This document shows positions 59,854 through 64,000 of a stretch of 64,000 nt of DNA, in pieces. Location of the stretch: positions 4,896,001-4,960,000 of the forward strand of contig CP170459.1 of NCBI GenBank assembly GCA_047947115.1, written 5' to 3'. This DNA comes from Verrucomicrobiota bacterium (GTDB taxonomy: Bacteria; Verrucomicrobiota; Verrucomicrobiia; Limisphaerales; AAA164-E04). The notes below the pieces were generated by a model. The model saw only the letters and a list, made by a program, of their open reading frames with translations. It was not told where the DNA came from and did not search any database. Position numbers and translations under genes: made by a program. Numbering within the stretch: position 1 is the stretch's first letter; each line of letters starts with the position of its first letter.

Positions 59854-61362
59854 ATGATTACGTTTTTAGCTCAAGCTACCGCGGCAACCAGCATATCAAT
59901 GTGGCCCATGGCCATCTTGGCCATCTGCGTCTTTTTTATTGTGATAGCCATTACGGTCCTGAGGGTCCACGCCTTCCTGGCCCTGATATTGGCCGCCTTT
60001 CTGGCAGGTATCCTAACTGGAGATCTGCCGAATCCAAACGAACTGAACAAAGGAACATTCCACTCCAGGAAAGCTCTTGACATGAGTGAGTTGGAAGGCA
60101 ACAACCTCACGAAAGCCGTGAAGTGGTCACTCATGGGGTTTGGGGATACAGCTGGAGGCATTGGCTTGGTCATCGCTTTGGCAGCGATTATCGGCACATG
60201 CATGATGGGCAGCGGGGCAGCAGATCGCATCGTTAGAGCTCTTTTGAAAACTTTTGGCGAAAAGCGAGCAGGTATCGTATTATTGCTCAGCGGGTTCCTA
60301 CTATCCATCCCGGTATTTTTCGATACGGTGTTTTTCTTGCTGATACCTTTGGCGCGCGCCCTTAGTTTACGCACGGGGAAAAGCTACACTTTTTATGTAA
60401 TGGCCATGGCCGGAGCAGGAGCTATTACTCACTCAATGGTTCCTCCAACCCCGGGCCCCCTCATGATTGCTGAAGAATTAAAAATCGAACTCGGCATCGC
60501 TATCATGGCTGGTCTCGCGGCGAGCATCCTTCCCGCATGGTTAGTGCTGATCCTGTCAAAACGCTTCGACGACAAGTTTAACATTCCCATGCGTGATATC
60601 TCAGGAGCTTCTAATGAGGACCTGCAAAGCATTGTAAATAAAAAGGATTCGGATCTGCCTGGATTATTTCTTTCATCCATACCTGTTGCTTTTCCGGTTG
60701 TCGCCATTTCATTGGTTTCTGTTCTCGGTTTATTCGATGCCGATGCATACAAATTCTTCCCATACCTCGAGTTCATTGGTCAGTCGAATATCGCGATGTT
60801 GATCGCCGCAGGTTTTGCAGTTTTCACCTATGCACGGCAACTGATCATTACGACACCATCCCTCAAAGGGAACCTCTCCCGCACACTGAGTGAGAAACTG
60901 GAGGCCCCACTGCAGACAGCCGGTGTCATCATCATGATTACAGGGGCGGGAGGCGCTTTTGGCGGGATGATTCGTCTGGCTGGTGTGGGCGAAACCATCG
61001 AAGCTCTGGCGCATAAATTTAACATTTCCTACATCTTGCTTGCCTGGCTGGCAACGGCGGTCGTTCGTATCGCTCAGGGTTCTGCAACGGTGGCCATGAT
61101 TACCGGGGTTGGATTGATGTCGGCTGTCATTGGAGACGGAAGCACCTTGGCTTACCATCCGCTCTATGTCTTTCTGGCGATCGGATTCGGGTCCATCACC
61201 ATGTCCTGGATGAACGACAGCGGTTTCTGGGTCGTACAACGCCTGAGCGGATTCACCGAAAAGGAAACGCTCAAGACTTGGACGGTGCTATTGACAGGTA
61301 TTGCCGTGCTGGGCTTGATCGAAACTTTGATCTTTTCAAAGATTCTTCCTTTGGCCGGATAA
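59854..61362 (+). CDS. GntP/DsdX-family permease
   Basis: VHAFLAL, SGAADRI, SIPVFFD, HSMVPPTPGP, RIAQGSATVAMIT, SWMNDSGFW. Confidence 0.93.
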   Translation: MITFLAQATAATSISMWPMAILAICVFFIVIAITVLRVHAFLALILAAFLAGILTGDLPNPNELNKGTFHSRKALDMSELEGNNLTKAVKWSLMGFGDTAGGIGLVIALAAIIGTCMMGSGAADRIVRALLKTFGEKRAGIVLLLSGFLLSIPVFFDTVFFLLIPLARALSLRTGKSYTFYVMAMAGAGAITHSMVPPTPGPLMIAEELKIELGIAIMAGLAASILPAWLVLILSKRFDDKFNIPMRDISGASNEDLQSIVNKKDSDLPGLFLSSIPVAFPVVAISLVSVLGLFDADAYKFFPYLEFIGQSNIAMLIAAGFAVFTYARQLIITTPSLKGNLSRTLSEKLEAPLQTAGVIIMITGAGGAFGGMIRLAGVGETIEALAHKFNISYILLAWLATAVVRIAQGSATVAMITGVGLMSAVIGDGSTLAYHPLYVFLAIGFGSITMSWMNDSGFWVVQRLSGFTEKETLKTWTVLLTGIAVLGLIETLIFSKILPLAG

Positions 61363-61383
61363 TGCTTTCCTGACGACTCCTAC

Positions 61384-62193
61384 TTGAATCACTTGCTCTA
61401 CGACGCCCATTTGCATCTGCAGGATCGCAGGCTGGATTGTGTTCGATCCGGTCTGCCGGCGTGGTATGGCAAAGAGAATGTGGCCCGCATTGTGGTCAAC
61501 GGCACCCAGGTTTCTGACTGGCCAGACGTCCTGCAACTGGCCGAGCAAATACAGCAAGTCCTACCTTCTTTCGGGATTCATCCCTGGTGGATCGAGAATC
61601 GGCCGGAAGACTGGCTGAATCGATTGATCGGACATCAAGAATCCATCCCGAGTGTCATCGGCGAAATCGGACTGGATAGGTGGTTTAAAAAGGACAACAT
61701 GGAAGATCAGGTGTCGGTCTTTCTTGATCAATGGCATGTGGCCAATGAACGCGGTTTGCCTGTAACCATCCACTGTCTGAAAGCCTGGGGCACATTGTTG
61801 GACCTGATCGAAAAGCACCCCCACCAAGGACCTGGATTTCTATTGCATTCCTACAGCGGTCCGTTGGAAATGGTGGATGCTTGGGTCAAACTGGGTGCAC
61901 GCTTTTCAATCTCTGGTCATTTTGCTCACCCGCGAAAAGCATCCAGAAGGGAAGTATTTCACCGCATCCCGCTGGATCGCATTCTGATCGAAACAGACGC
62001 ACCCGACATGCCTCCCCCTGAAGAATGGGTAAAGTTCCCACTCCCAACAGAACCGGATCAAAAACCCATCAACCACCCAGGAAACCTCATTAGCATTTAC
62101 GATTTTGCAGCCAAGTGGTTGGAAATTCCGCAAGATGAATTGGAATCCATCATCGAGCACAATTTCAGGGAAATGTTTGGAATGGTCATGTGA
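61384..62193 (+). CDS. TatD-family deoxyribonuclease
   Basis: DAHLHL, GIHPW, IGEIGLD, IHC, LHSYSG, LIETDAP. Confidence 0.92.
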   Translation: MNHLLYDAHLHLQDRRLDCVRSGLPAWYGKENVARIVVNGTQVSDWPDVLQLAEQIQQVLPSFGIHPWWIENRPEDWLNRLIGHQESIPSVIGEIGLDRWFKKDNMEDQVSVFLDQWHVANERGLPVTIHCLKAWGTLLDLIEKHPHQGPGFLLHSYSGPLEMVDAWVKLGARFSISGHFAHPRKASRREVFHRIPLDRILIETDAPDMPPPEEWVKFPLPTEPDQKPINHPGNLISIYDFAAKWLEIPQDELESIIEHNFREMFGMVM

Positions 62194-62310
62194 TGTCACA
62201 CAAGGGCTCCAAGGCACTAAGGTAAATCATTCCGATCACTCTCCCCCATGGCAAACACTCATAATCTTCGTGACTTTGTGTGAGACAAAAACAATTCCAA
62301 CAACAAAATA

Positions 62311-63615
62311 CTAATCATCAATGGCCTGCCCAATCAATTGCCGAACCTTCCAGGCGGTGGGTTCGCCGATTTGTTGGGTTTGTTTCATGAGGACTCCAAT
62401 AACTTCTTCCTCCGGATCGGCAAAGTATTGCGTATTGAAGTAGCCACCCCATTCAAATGTTCCGGGGCTTCCCAATCCACCGCGAGCAGGTCCGTCCTCG
62501 CTGACCACAGCGAAAGCCAGTCCGTGATGTTTGTCCACACCCCCAAACAAATCGCCCGTTTGATTGTGCATCATGGTGTCAATGGTGGTGCGGCTAAGAA
62601 TTCGGACGCCATTGAGTTCGCCTCCATTAAGGTACATCTGCAAAAAGGTAGCGTAATCTTTGGCAGTACTGGACAAACCTGCTCCGCCGGAGAAAAAGGT
62701 TTTGGCGCCTTTGATTGGATAATCCGGATCGTAAAAAGTCACCGGGTATCGCACCCACTTCCCATCCTTTTTGGTCTGGACCGGTACGAGTCGACCAGCC
62801 TTGGACGCTGGCTGATAAAACCCGGTATCGTGCATGCCCAAGGGTTCAAACAATCTCTCTTTCAAGAAATCCTCGAAACTCATGCCCGAAACAATTTCAA
62901 TGAAATATCCCAATACATCCAATCCTTCGCTGTAGGTAAACTTTTCACCGGGATGATGGTGTAAAGGTAATTTGGCAAGCTTTCGGACACTTTCGCCGAT
63001 GGTGACGGGCTCGGTGGTGAAAAGATCGGTAACACCGGCCTTGGCATAGATCTTCTTGAAACGATCATCTCCGTCAATGACACCGTAACCAATGCCGGAT
63101 GTATGCGTCAGCAGGTGACGGATGGTGATAGGTGTTTTCACCGGCTCAGTTGTCCAGGTCACAGTAGATTGGTCGAATGACTTCAGGACACCGGCATCCG
63201 AGAATTCGGGTATCCAGTTCGAAATGGGATCATCGAGTTGGAACAGTCCCTCTTCCCAGAGCATCATGACGGCAGTGGAGGTGATCGCTTTGGATTGAGA
63301 GGCGATTCGGAAAATATCATTGATCTGGAAGGCTCGTTGACTTTCATGGTCCGCCATTCCGTAGGCCCGAAGAAAGACAATCTTGCCTTTGCGGGCCACC
63401 AAAGCGACTGCACCCGGAATCTGTTGATCCTGCACCGCTTTACTGAGCATCCGGTCAATACGTTCAAGTCGATCCGGCGACATGCCTGCCGATTCCGGCG
63501 AAGCCTCCATCAAAGGTGCGGAATGTGCAGCGTGACTTGGAGTTTGCGCCATTCCGGTCCATGCCACGGCAACGCACAAAACCATACACAATCGTACAAA
63601 GGTAAAATTTTTCAT
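62311..63615 (-). CDS. Exported serine hydrolase, beta-lactamase class C/EstB family
   Basis: FRIASQSKA (SxxK), LLTHTSG, YSEG, WGGYFNT; signal peptide from MKNF. Confidence 0.9.
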   Translation of the reverse strand: MKNFTFVRLCMVLCVAVAWTGMAQTPSHAAHSAPLMEASPESAGMSPDRLERIDRMLSKAVQDQQIPGAVALVARKGKIVFLRAYGMADHESQRAFQINDIFRIASQSKAITSTAVMMLWEEGLFQLDDPISNWIPEFSDAGVLKSFDQSTVTWTTEPVKTPITIRHLLTHTSGIGYGVIDGDDRFKKIYAKAGVTDLFTTEPVTIGESVRKLAKLPLHHHPGEKFTYSEGLDVLGYFIEIVSGMSFEDFLKERLFEPLGMHDTGFYQPASKAGRLVPVQTKKDGKWVRYPVTFYDPDYPIKGAKTFFSGGAGLSSTAKDYATFLQMYLNGGELNGVRILSRTTIDTMMHNQTGDLFGGVDKHHGLAFAVVSEDGPARGGLGSPGTFEWGGYFNTQYFADPEEEVIGVLMKQTQQIGEPTAWKVRQLIGQAIDD

Positions 63616-63772
63616 GGTATTTGCCATGGAGCGAAGTTGGTAAACGGGATTCATGGAAGGAATTATGCGATCTCTGGAAACAAAAAACAATCCCCAAGCC
63701 GCAACGTTCCAAAAGTCCTTGAAACAATAGCCATGCTGGACGTGTAGAGGTGGATATATGTTCCCTTGCATC

Positions 63773-64000
63773 ATGAAAGACAGAATATCCATACGACAAC
63801 TCAACAGTCTGGTCGTGGCAACCGGTTTATTGACCGGCCTCCTTTTTGGGCAACAGGCCAGAGCGGCTTCGGCACCACCTGAGAATGTCCTGCCCAGCAA
63901 CGCAATCCTGCACGCTCAAATCAACAGTGTGCTGGATATTGTCTACCAGGTTGAATCCCTGGCTAAAAACGCCATCCCCGAGAAACTGGCTCCCCCTCCC
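63773..64000 (+). CDS. Exported hypothetical protein, N-terminal part (runs off window edge)
   Basis: Manual translation MKDRISIRQLNSLVVATGLLTGLLFGQQARA-ASAPPENVLP..., open to the window end; signal peptide with AxA site. Confidence 0.6.
   Translation, partial: MKDRISIRQLNSLVVATGLLTGLLFGQQARAASAPPENVLPSNAILHAQINSVLDIVYQVESLAKNAIPEKLAPPP

Noticed and set aside
63616..63900. N-terminal extension of the serine hydrolase ORF (likewise galM, uxaA, glgC, queG, gntP)
   Set aside because: These come from longest-ORF calling; extensions overlap neighbouring genes or precede the signal peptide or first conserved motif.

Overview
A 64-kb stretch of an apparently core bacterial chromosome. The gene repertoire (Planctomycete-type cytochrome c domains, PVC-type dehydrogenase fusions, a Calx-beta protein with a verrucomicrobial-style C-terminus) suggests the PVC superphylum, probably Verrucomicrobiota; this is an inference. 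Housekeeping and metabolic genes include argS, glgC-glgB, aroK-queG, a stand-alone coaB, galM, uxaA, exbBD-tonB, SNF2 and Ski2-like helicases, an NtrC-type regulator and rnpB. Accessory content includes an NhaR-like LysR / carbonic anhydrase / SulP module, a complete 1.87-kb ISAs1-family element (DUF4338 fusion, C5T5 frameshift site, 10-bp target duplication), a HigBA-like toxin-antitoxin pair with a visible operator, and an HDOD gene broken by an in-frame TAG. The most interesting unexplained signals are three intergenic candidate RNAs (about 23.83-23.98 kb, 57.05-57.22 kb and 59.14-59.35 kb, the last beside a four-copy pseudo-palindromic binding-site array). Also notable are a MenK/MqnK-type methylmenaquinone methyltransferase signature and several periplasmic redox fusions. 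All calls come from reading motifs by eye; no database searches were run.
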